Shown here piece after piece: positions 42,601 to 53,329 of a stretch of 64,000 bases of DNA. Both the position numbers and the translations under genes were made by a program. Origin of the DNA: Raillietiella orientalis (lineage: Eukaryota); NCBI GenBank assembly GCA_036172245.1, contig JAYWIR010000017.1, positions 620,001 to 684,000 of the forward strand, in the 5' to 3' direction. Within the stretch, counting starts at the first letter, position 1; the number at the start of each line of letters is the position of its first letter. The notes beneath the pieces are model-generated. The model made no database searches. It was given only the letters and a program-made list of their open reading frames with translations, and was not told the DNA's origin.

Positions 42601-45600
42601 GAGGAACGGCTCCTCTATCTGTTTCTGTCCGCAGAACGGTCTAGAACATGAATCTTCTACCCATTAACTCATCAGCCACGGAAGTTGTCGCAAGTTCCCG
42701 TCTTCAAGAAGACTTCCGCTGGAACGAGCTAATCGGTGGACCTTAACCTTCCTCCGAAGCCATCAGAACGCAAGAAGCTCGCTGATAGGACTGGGATGTC
42801 TCTATCCTCAAGAAGAGGACCTGGAAACTTCCCGACAATCGCTTCAGCTAGCCCTCCCCCCTTACGAACCCAGGGAGTCCCTGATTGTCCTTTCTAAGTG
42901 GGATGATCCGACAGCTCCCATGAAGTAAGGATCACAAGCAATTCACCACTGAGGAGACCTCTGTGCTTGAAATATCAATATGCAAGTGGACTGGGAGACC
43001 TATGAAAGATGTTCCGATGCAGTAGAATGGGCAACAGCGATCCAAGGAACTAGCCTTCAGAAATCCACTAGGGAAGACCAGGGTTCAACGTGCTTACGTC
43101 ATGAATTCGTAAAGGTATTTCTCCAGACAGCAATCCAGATTCTGTTGCTGCTTCTGTTGTTGCAAGAAACTCTGAATTTTTTTTCAAAGATAGAGCGCTG
43201 TAGAGGGGAGTCCGGACGGTCCCTCAACCGAGAAGCGCTTGATTCTTTCGCCCAACAAGAATGTGTTGTCTCCTCCGTGGCTCTCAGCTTGTTATCCCCA
43301 GCTTATGAGGAGGTGACTTGACTTTACGTGACCCCCCTTCCAAGACAAATCTCAACTCCGTAAAGCTCTCTCGAAGCTCACTCCAGCAGCCGGAGTGGAA
43401 ACGGTGAAACCACATACTGGTTCCGCAGCTCTGTTCCAGTAATCTGTAGTACAGGTGGCCGAATGAACAAACCGATTCTACTCTTCTGATTGCTCTGTGG
43501 TATCTCGGATGCGAGTCTACATCCCCACAGAAGACCGCAGTCTAAGAACGGCCCCACGTGCATTTTATGTTGTCTGATGAAAATTTGGGTGGTTCCAACC
43601 TATGAGAAAGTGCAGGCAGAAAACGGCAGCATCTGCCCTAATAGATATCACAGTGTTCCGATCCATCCTTCAAGATGGAGAAGATGGCAATAAGCTTAGA
43701 TTTTACCTTCTATTTAATGAAACCAGTGCTCGAAACCCTGGACCAGTGAAGCGCTTCAGAAACAGGCAATTTTTCCCACCGAATTAGAATTCTGAACCGA
43801 TTAGGAACAGCTTCGAATGTACTTACAGCAGCAGTAGAGACATCCGCATTCTTTGTAGATCAAAGGAGTTGTGACGCCAAACTTGGAATTCTCCAAAAGA
43901 GCTAAAGAATTCTCGTAAATTATCACAAGGAACTCTTCTCTCTTTCCTTCCCTTTCCTCCTCTGGTTCATTACGAAAAACATTTGCGTGACTGGTCATCT
44001 GCAGCATGATTTTTTTTTCTTCCAGTTGAGCAATATTTTTCTTTAATTCCCTTGATTGGGAGCACCAAAAATGAAAAGTAAAAGGGATTCTGATTCATTG
44101 TTTCTGTTCTCTTACAGAACACTCATTGTGATGGTATGAGATGTTGAGGAAAACTGAGTTGGTACCCTACGTCTTCCTGATAGTTTTTGGATGCTTGTTT
44201 CAGCTGTTCGCTTCTCCATCTAACAGCATCGCAGGTAAAGTGAGAACTTTGTATTTTCAGTAGAACTACATATTGATGAAATATTCTTTCCCTGATAAAT
44301 CGGAGATGATTGTACATTTGTACACATCGCATCGACAACACAATGTGTCTGTTTGCTCATTGATTCCTAAATCTTGCTGTCAGCACAATAAGTCTGTTAA
44401 TAGATAATCTGTTGCTCCAAATAACAAGTCTGCCTTTTTTATTAACAACGACATGAATTCCTTGATAAGGAGATTAAGATGTTTTCTTGTTTATCGAGAA
44501 CTTTGCATGTTTCCTACTGAGTTGCCGCATGGGTTTACTTCTTGGTTTGCTGCTTGTTTCCTTCCATTTGCGAACTATCATGAATAGAAAAAAGCATCGA
44601 ATATTGATGATGAATTCTCACCCCAAAGAAGCGTTTCTTCAGAAGCTTCTAGGATTCTTGTGCTCGTTCATAGAAGCCAAGATCTCTATGCCAGTATGTA
44701 TAAGTAGGCAGCGTCCAGCATGCTTGAGGCCTGATCCGCTTTGCTTCGAATAAGATAGGGGCGAAGAAGAAAAATAGATTTGCCTACAAGCAAATTGGAA
44801 GAATTACCCTGGTTTCCACCCCCGTCGTCCACAAAGAGCCCTTGATGAATTCTAGCAAACTCAGTCAACTGTTGCTTCGATTGAAATGCACACTGAGATA
44901 TCGAAGAGAAGGAGGAATGACACGAGTTCTTCACATTGAATTCAAGAGAACCGACCGACCAACCATCACTCTCGAAGCACAAACGCCATTCCGGCACAAA
45001 ATGAAAGTTGCTGCTTGTTAGAAATTGACTTACTGATGGATATGTCCCTAAAGGTTCTGGAAAAGGAAGACGGCTACTTAGGAGATCCCGTTTCCTGTCA
45101 GTGCCCTTCAAATCCGAATTAGTGGAATCAAACAATAACGAAGATTCAGGCAGTTACCTCTTTTCAGTTACGTCTCTCCATGATCCCTAAGGAAATTTTG
45201 AAACTAGGGTGTAACAAGATTCCTGAAAGCGACGGTAAGTTTCAAACAAGTACAACACCTCACTGGAGATACAAGACTTTGAACGCCCTAGCAATTTTTG
45301 CGTTGCAGATAGTGAATTTGCAATCATTCATCTACAGAATTTTGTTTTTTGAGCTCCTAGGAATACTGAAGGCATACCACAGTAATTGTGAAGGAATAGT
45401 AAGCAAGGGAAGCTGTTTCTCTGTAAGTGGTAATAGAGGATCGTATTCCTGTGGGCAAGCCACATTAAAGTTTTGCTCAGGAAAGATAATGGGAATTTGT
45501 GGAAGATGTGCTCTTGCTTTGCCCACTTGCCTTGAAGATGAGGCGTTGCAACATTGTGCACACAGGAGGGCTCCCGTATGTGGTGTTGTCTTCTCCGATA

Positions 45601-48600
45601 TGCATTATTCCTGAATTCTTCCCTGAATTTTCAAACACTGCTCTCATGTGTGTAGGTTTTTAACGTCTTGGTAGGACAAAAGATAAACTTAGAGAAGTGA
45701 AGAGTTTCTCTTCTCCGGAGAAAATCTGCGTTTGTCTAGGTTTTGAATTAGTTGGATGATTTTGCTTCCTCTTCTTCCGAATAAGCAAAGAAAAATTGTT
45801 TCTCATGCTTCCTTCAAGATAAAGATGTTGGTCATTTGGTCACCGGAATGATTTTGTACTAAAAAATCTTTTGGAGGTTTTCTCCTGATTTTTTTTTTTT
45901 GAAACGCCATAGGATATTACTGTGAGGAATGTTTTCTCGTGCTTTCGAAACAAAACATAATGCAACAGATTTTTCTATACGCCCTATTAATTCCTCCGTA
46001 TTATAAATTAAGTCTTCTAACTTCTTAGCTGGCTTCCAGCTTCTTTCTATCTCGACTGCAGCAATAGCTTTAATAAATAACAAAAAGGTAGACGGGAAAT
46101 GAAATTTTCAGTATAGACGCTTCTCTCTTCTGTGGACCGAAAAACCATCTCATATATTCCAGTGAGGAATGCTTTCAGTCTTTTTTTTTTTTTTTTTTTT
46201 GCAATCTTTTCTAATTCTGAGTATCCAATACGAAATTTGGCACAAATCTCGAGAAAAGTGAAGCATCGTCGGTCGCCGCTCACGGATAACACAACAACAG
46301 GTTTGCTTTTCGTTAATAGGTTTCCATGATTATAAGAACTGAAGAAGCTCATTAATCAGATGCAACCTCATTTTATGACATTTCAATTGGGTAGAAGGAA
46401 ATATTTAGGAAGGCAATATATGAAGGAGTCCTTGAAAAGATCCGCTCAGTTCAACAGGTCGCGTCGTGCACATTTACACGAAGAGCAATTATTTATTTGT
46501 GTGCTACATAGCAAGTTTTATGGAAAATTCCAAGTGCAAATCAAAACTTTTAAAATAATTTGATTAATAATCCAGATTAATAATGAAATAACTAGAGGTG
46601 GCTGTGGAAAACCGTAACATGTAGAGTACTGCAAGCTTATAAAATACAAAGGAAATCAGAAGCAAAATAAATGCATCTCATCAAATGCTAAGGATAACTC
46701 CTGATGGATGGATGAATACATCAAGAAAAATTAATTATCCTGTAACCTATTGTACTATTCCTTCGATGGAGAGCATTTTTTTTTTTTTTAAGGGGTAGAG
46801 GAAGGGGCATCATCGTGATTAATTTGTTTGCTGGGTAAAAAGTGAAGAGGAAATCATCTTGAAAATCTTTGCAGTAACAATATGAGATCCTTATTCATTT
46901 TCAAAAATTCAAGGCAAGTGATTAGCAATATTCAATGGAACTGTTATACAAATTATACTACAAATAGCATTATACCCAGGATCCTTCATGTCAGTTGTTT
47001 GGATGGTTTAGAAAAGCAAAGATTGGTAGGCGTCTGCAAAGATCACCATCTTTTTTAGTGTTCTCGGTCACAACAGCATTGGCAGACTTCAATGCTTCGC
47101 TGCTTTCTCTTCAGCATGCTTGGAGATATTGGCAGTCGAAAGATTTTCTGTTCCTTGGTGAACGTTTCCGTCACTCAGCATACGGTAATTACTGCACGTG
47201 TCGAAATTAGGGCTTGAACTCCTAAGCACAAATTCCTTGTGATCCATGTAACCTCAACGATTTTTGCCTCTTTCGCTTTGCAATCATTCCTTGTTCGAGT
47301 TGCCAAAATCCCTTCCGGGTTAAAGGCTTTCATAAGACTATCAAAGATCACCTTACTTGAGTCTGAGTCACTGTCTCGCGATTTCTCTCTGCCCCATCTG
47401 GCTTCCATGTTTTTCTTATTTTCACATCTTTGAACGAAACCATGCTGTAATTAGGCGGCAGCTAATAATTTGCATTAGAAGGATCCACCCAGATGCAAAA
47501 AGTTTGATATTTCTCGTACACGCTGAAAGCACCTCCCAGTATGGTGCAAAATAAACCAAGCATGCAACTCCATCACAGGTTGTGTAACCGGAATTTTTGC
47601 TTTGTATGCTTTCTACGAGAAAGCTCCTTTCATAATTTGCACGACGTTGCATTAATTAAGAAATCTTCAGAAGTGAATTCCGCACTACACCTTCTTTACA
47701 ATTGCCCTCCGATAAGGACATTGCATCACTCATGCAAGTTTTCGTACGTCAGTTGTCCTTTCTACTCAGCAATCTAGTAATAAGTTTCCTCTTCATTTAT
47801 GGCAGAATTTTTTCAGCGCATCACTTTTTCCGATTCTTGATTCTTCCGTCCTCAGAGCAGAACTGGTAAGCATAGTTCCCAGGTCAACGTCGGATCTTCT
47901 CGGATGCATAATTTTTCCATCCACACTGTACTCTGCAAACAGGCACTTTACAGGCAGCTCCTACATTGTCTGCACTAATTAGCATTTGGGACTCCAGCCC
48001 GCTATTCGAATCCTTATTCGCCCTTGATATGAGAGGATTACTACTAAGAAGCAAATCGACTCCGAATTTCAGCCGCCTTTAATTTTTTTGTTTTTGTGCA
48101 GTTAGACGGGTGTGGAATCGAAAATAAATGGAAAAAAAAAAGCATGGGCCATCGCAAAGGTTTGCTAGGCCAGCATGAGAAAGATGCAGATAGAAACCAA
48201 CAAGAGCCTGTTTCGAAGCTAAAAATCTACAACTGTTTTGATACAGTTCATCTTGAATGCTGTGATCTTAATTTCATATGGAGGCTGCGAGACAAAAGTG
48301 TGTGCATTTTACACGCTCTTACGTAGGATGCAAGGATTCCAACCGAATTCCCAATGAAGGATCGCTTCAAATAAACTATGACATGTAATTAGGGATCTCT
48401 CTTCAAGCTAATAATCGATCCAGATTCAATGTCTTCATTCCATAGTGCTTTGATATTCTGGCTATATCGTTTCTTAGATTTAGCACTTTTTTTTTTTTTT
48501 TCCATTCCTTAAATTCAAAAGTTGCTGTAAAAACCAGCTTTACAAATCTTGTGATCACATTTTTGCACCTATTACTGAGAAAAATCGAATCACAGAGAAA

Positions 48601-49097
48601 ACCTGCGGAAAGGAAGCCACAAAACTTGGAAACCTCCGTCGACATTGCTGGATTAGAATGTAAGACTTATGGCCATTGAAGCAAGTACTCGATGACCAAT
48701 GACCACTCGGTAGCCAACTGTATCTTGCTGTGTGTGTTTAAAGTATTTGCTGCCACCGAATTTGTACAGAAAGTATATAAGATGCATATATGCGTAATAT
48801 ATACACACACGCGCGCGCAAACTTATCTGGTATCTTTACCGCCATTCAGCGATCAAAAAGCTCTGAATGGATTCTAGCCAGATAAAAAGTAATACCGCAG
48901 AAGGAAGTTATAAAAGTGGCTACTGAAGATCAAGAATTCATATTTATCGATGATCCACATGCTCTTCCTTGCATTCTTTTTTCTTCAGATAAGTTATAAA
49001 TAAGAACGGAAACTTGTTTTCAAAGTATTTGTTGTTTCATGTACAATATTCGATACTACAAGAAGAGTAAAAACTTTTTTTTTGTTTATTTGCTTAG

Positions 49098-49195
49098 AAT
49101 TGCCTGTTTTCATATCCTCATTGACCAACCAGACAGTTGTCCGAGGTCGCGATGTCACATTCACTTGCATGGTCCAACAACTGGGATTATTTAAA
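49098..49195 (+). CDS. DIP-alpha-like: DIP/Lachesin-like exon, start of Ig1: (E)LPVFISSLTNQTVVRGRDVTFTCMVQQLGLFK
   Basis: Acceptor TTAG ending 49097 and donor GTGAGT at 49196. The PxF...NxTVxxGRDxTFTCxVxxLG pattern is typical of DIP Ig1 and contains the first Ig cysteine. Confidence 0.9.
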
Positions 49196-49455
49196 GTGAG
49201 TATGAAAAATCGAAAAGTCATTACCTTTGAGAGAAATTGTGAAATAATTGAGTTTGAGGAGCTGCCTGTAAGTTCGATTCGAGTTCAGTTTCCTTGAATG
49301 GGTTTCCAAAGCAACTCATTTAACTAAATCATCTTCAGCTCTTGTTCTCGGCATTACATCTCTCTGCGAGGACTCTTCCACCCTTCAGCAAAGCAACGTC
49401 GGCTGTAAACTTTATAAAAAAGACCCACGATCGCAGCCACACAGCCTCCAACGCG

Positions 49456-50045
49456 GGCCGTGTGGCTGCGGTCTTCTCTCGTGGTACCAAGCGTTGCGGG
49501 TTCGAATCCCCACGTCAAGGGTCGACACCGAGAAATGGGTGCGCCGTGGGTTTCGAATCCTCCCTCAGGGATGACGCTGGTTGACCGATAGGCTTTGGGG
49601 GTGAGGCACTGGTGGAATTCTCCCCTTTACTGGCCGGGATTGGAAGTTGGCCCTTCGGGGTCCTTCCAGGAATCAAGGATTCGTTACCTTCCACTTGTTA
49701 AATTGGAAACGTCCCCTCTCCCCTCGTACCATGGAGCTAGTTAATGCCCCTCCAGAGTGTCAAGAAGAAGGAATTCCAGGAGCATGTCCTTTTGGAGAAG
49801 AAACGAGGAGCGGCCTTCACAAACCGTGGATCCCTCCGGAGAGAATGAGGAAGAGGTTCCCTTCGGAATTTCCTTTTCTGGCAACCAGGACGGGGTTTCA
49901 TTCGGAGTTCTTCTATCAAGAGTGAGAGGAACGGACTCCTTCCTCCGGAGCCCTTCCTGGATTCATAGGATGGTCCCCTCTCGGAGTACCCCGTATAACT
50001 TGAAGAGATACAGATGTCCTCGGGTGGCATGGACAGCGTTCAAGT
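49456..50045 (+). mobile_element. tRNA-derived SINE-like repeat copy 4, near full length, in a DIP intron
   Basis: Head GGCCGTGTGGCTGCGG, B-box GGTTCGAATCC at 49499-49509, shared body, tail CCTCGGGTGGCATGGAC, then T6 at 50048-50053. Confidence 0.9.
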
Positions 50046-51225
50046 GCTTTTTTATGAGCCCTTCCCTTTCCCCAAGGAAGAGAACGGCTCTCCAGCACTC
50101 AGGGAACCGAAAAAAAACGGAAAACCTGAAAAAAATATATATCCAAAAGAAAGAAAAATATGATGCTTCGAAGAGATGCAAGTTCGTTTCCAGCGAAGAT
50201 CTTGCTTTCTTACGCGCATCTGACCGGATTCAGGTTTCCAGTATGGCAACCAGAATGAAGAGACTGCACATCCTCCCTTCCGTCGAGGTCTCTTACAGAA
50301 GAGGAGCCTCTGTGCAAGTTCGACTCTTGCGTGGTTTGTTGAACGAAAAACAACTCCTTGTCCATAGAAATTGCTCTCGCAAGTGAAGAAACATGTCGGT
50401 GGAAGCTACCAATTTCGGATAAATGATTGGATGTGAACGCAGGGATTATAATTACGCAATCACGTGGAGAAATTCCTGCTGTCGGTTGGAACGATGAACT
50501 CTTATGGAAAAGAACACCGCAGCACCAAAAAAAATCCTGTCACCTTAAGTGTGACTTCTCCAAGGCATCATCGCAGTGCTGTACGTAGCTCAGCTCGACG
50601 ACATCAGTAGGACGTCTCAAAAGCAGCATCCCGTCGTCTGTTTAGATTTCACCATCAGCAAAACATGGGATTCATCGCGGTCGTCTCACAGCATCAATCC
50701 AGTGTTGAAGGCGTGCAGGTCTCAAGTTGTGACTGCATTTCGTTCTTCTAAAGATGGTGTGTTTCTGTGCGTTTTCCTGTGTCGAAATCAGTGTAGTGAC
50801 CTTAGTAGATAGGTAGGATCTTGATAACGGCTCTGCTTGCCACAGCGCCAAGCAAAGAGAATCCTTCGCTCTAATGGGACGTGTATGGGAGACGCAAAGA
50901 TATCAGCATTGGCCATCTAACCGTGACCAATTGCTCTCCCTGCGTATTCCGGAGTATCAAAGTCGAATCGCTGGCTTTTTAAAGGTTTTTCAAGATGCGC
51001 TGATGTGGTCTGATAATTAACCAATGATGTAGCAGCCTTCCTCCCAGTCCGTTTAGCGATTCCGGTTTCTGCACGTGTTCCAGGATTTGGTTCACGTCCC
51101 TTCATCGGACCATTTTATGTTAAATAGCTTGCAAGGTCACTCCTATCTTCTGCTTGAATCTCACAGCATGGGTTTCGTTCCCTCTTTCTCATTATCGAAG
51201 TAACCAGTAATTTGTATTTTATCAG

Positions 51226-51411
51226 GTAGCGTGGGTAAAGTCCGACACGAAGGCTATACAGGCTATCCACACCCATGTGGTTACCCACAACCCACGTGTG
51301 TCTATCTCCCACGATAAGCACTCCATATGGAAGCTTATCATCTCTGGAGTCAGGGAAAGTGACCGAGGGTTTTACATGTGCCAAGTGAACACCGATCCCA
51401 TGATGAGCCAG
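51226..51411 (+). CDS. DIP-alpha-like: DIP/Lachesin-like exon, rest of Ig1: VAWVKSDTKAIQAIHTHVVTHNPRVSISHDKHSIWKLIISGVRESDRGFYMCQVNTDPMMSQ
   Basis: Acceptor TTTTATCAG ending 51225, 186 nt, phase 0/0, donor GTTTGT at 51412. The motifs WxKxDTKAIQAIH, THNPRV and DRGxYMCQxNTDPM match DIP-alpha-type Ig1 as I recall it. Translated by hand; absent from the ORF track. Confidence 0.95.
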
Positions 51412-51469
51412 GTTTGTACTGACGGACCCTGAGGGCGAACTCGCAGCGCTCTTCCCGCTTCAACTTCAG

Positions 51470-51650
51470 GAAGGATTCCTCGAGGTTCTCATCCCTCCCG
51501 ACATCCTCGTCACGAGTTCTGCCGATGAGATGGTTCTCGAAGAAGGCGGAGCGACGACGCTCGTCTGTGAAGCCAGCGGCTACCCCACGCCGGTCATCAA
51601 ATGGGAAAGAGAGAAGGAGGAAATGCCAGATCCTCAGGATAAGCAAACCA
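51470..51650 (+). CDS. DIP-alpha-like: DIP/Lachesin-like exon, first half of Ig2: EGFLEVLIPPDILVTSSADEMVLEEGGATTLVCEASGYPTPVIKWEREKEEMPDPQDKQT
   Basis: Follows a 58-nt intron (51412-51469, GT...CTTCAG). Contains GFLEV-IPPDI and EGG-x-L-x-C-x-A-x-G-x-P-x-P-x-I-x-W motifs. Phase-1 donor GTAAGA at 51651. Confidence 0.95.
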
Positions 51651-52582
51651 GTAAGAGAGCAGGGCTGTTGTTTGTTCTGTGATTCTGCGGAGACACCTCG
51701 CTGGCTGCCAGCAGCACGCCTCATCCGTGCTTTCCATACTTCTGTACAGGCTACTTTGCAGAATACCTTGAACTTCTTCTCTTGCATTTCAATATGACGT
51801 CAGCTGTGATGCAGCTTCCAATTTGTCTTGTAGCGATTGAGTAAGCATCTCGGAAAGGATTCAAAGAGTTGCATTCGTCCATCAGGCGTGCTAACCAGGA
51901 TTTGTTGATCGTATTGTGGTTTCCACCACTGTCCACTGCATCGTCCGCCCCATCGTGCGGTAGGGTCATCGCTTGAAAGTGGACGCGCGCGCACCAAAAG
52001 TCCATCTGAGGATCGCGGGATAAAATAGCATGAGGGAAGAAGAGAGGACACGAGAATTTCATCCCCCTTTCGGTGACCACAGCTCCCCGTTTTCATGGGA
52101 ACGAGTCCTCCCGAACGGCTGATCTTCACCATCGACTTTATCCGATGAAACTTACTTCGTGATTCTGGAAACACGTTCTTCCCTCAGTGTCTTTCTCCCC
52201 TCCTGTTCCTTCCTCAGATGCTCGGCAGTCTGAGCCAAAGCACCGATTCGCATCGTGGCATTCGGTTAAAATGGGTTTGGATGCTGTCGAAAGAGAAAGG
52301 AAGCAAAAAATTGGCAGTGTGATCTTGCGTTTTTCAATCCCGCCTTCAGGAGGATTTTGAGCCAACTCGGAGTGCTCTTCTTGTCTTTCTTTCTTTTTTT
52401 GGCTTCACCGGGTTTCTTACATGCTTCTTTCTGGTGCGCACACGCATCTTGCAAAAGAGAAAATGCAGAAAAGGAAGACACTGTGCTCCTTCTGATGATG
52501 ATTTTCCTATCTCTGAGGGACATGAGATGATGCTGTGCATTCTCTCCATTTCGTAAATGTCAACACGCAGCAGCTCTCGTTG

Positions 52583-53329
52583 TTCTTCGACACGGTTCCA
52601 CGTCACCCGAGGGTGGGTGGGTAATTCTTCAAGATAGAGAGTACTGCGGGAGGGGTCCGCCCTATGAATTCAGGAAGGACTCGGAGTCCGTTCCTCTCAC
52701 GCCTGGGGAGGGATCCCCGGAAATGGAGATCACCTCCACCCTGGTTGTCTCCGAAGGGGAATCCCTAAGGGAATCTCCTTCCTTATTTTCTCCAGAGGAC
52801 TCCTGGGGAGGTCTGCTCAATTCTCCTCTGAAGGGAACCCGAGAAGGATCTGATCCTGGAATGTCTTCTCTGGAGGGATCCCCCGCAAGGGATCCGCTCC
52901 TGTTTACTCCTCTGAAGAGAACCCAGAAGGGACTCTTCCGAAATTCAGAAGGACGCAGTTTCCCCGAAGGGATCGGCTCGCTTCTCTGTATTCTCTGGAG
53001 AGGTGGTGGCGACACACCAACTCCATCAGTACGACGCGGGGGGTCCCACCGGAATGGGGAGTTCGCTCCTTCTCAACCGGCGGGGGAACCCCCTACTCTG
53101 TGATTCCTGGAAGGACCTGGAGGTCGATTCCCATTTGTCCCGGCCCTCATCGGGGGCATCCGGTTTGAACCTCTACCAGTGCCGCAACCAGATAAATGTA
53201 GGCCAACCAGCGTCTTCTTGTGGGGTGGACTCGGAACCCACGACGCACTGCGCCGATTCCTTCGTAGTATTCGAACCCATGACGCATGGTTCCACGCGCG
53301 GAGACCACTGTAACCACACGGCCTCCGAC
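52583..53329 (-). mobile_element. tRNA-derived SINE-like repeat copy 5 (variant B), full length, in a DIP intron
   Basis: Minus strand reads GGCCGTGTGGTTACAGTGG (A-box-like)...GGGTTCGAATAC (B-box-like) and ends CCTCGGGTGACGTGGAACCGTGTCGAAGAA. Flanked by an imperfect direct repeat GCAGCTCTC(G/C)TTG at 52570-52582 and 53330-53342. Confidence 0.9.

Noticed and set aside
44529..44704. Alternative signal-like peptide MGLLLGLLLVSF (and TAIQILLLLLLLQ near 43127)
   Set aside because: The best nearby donors are phase 0 or weak, so they fit the 49098 exon less well than the 24309 candidate.
49456..49526. Possible tRNA gene (B-box GGTTCGAATCC)
   Set aside because: I could not build a complete cloverleaf, and it is the head of a dispersed repeat.
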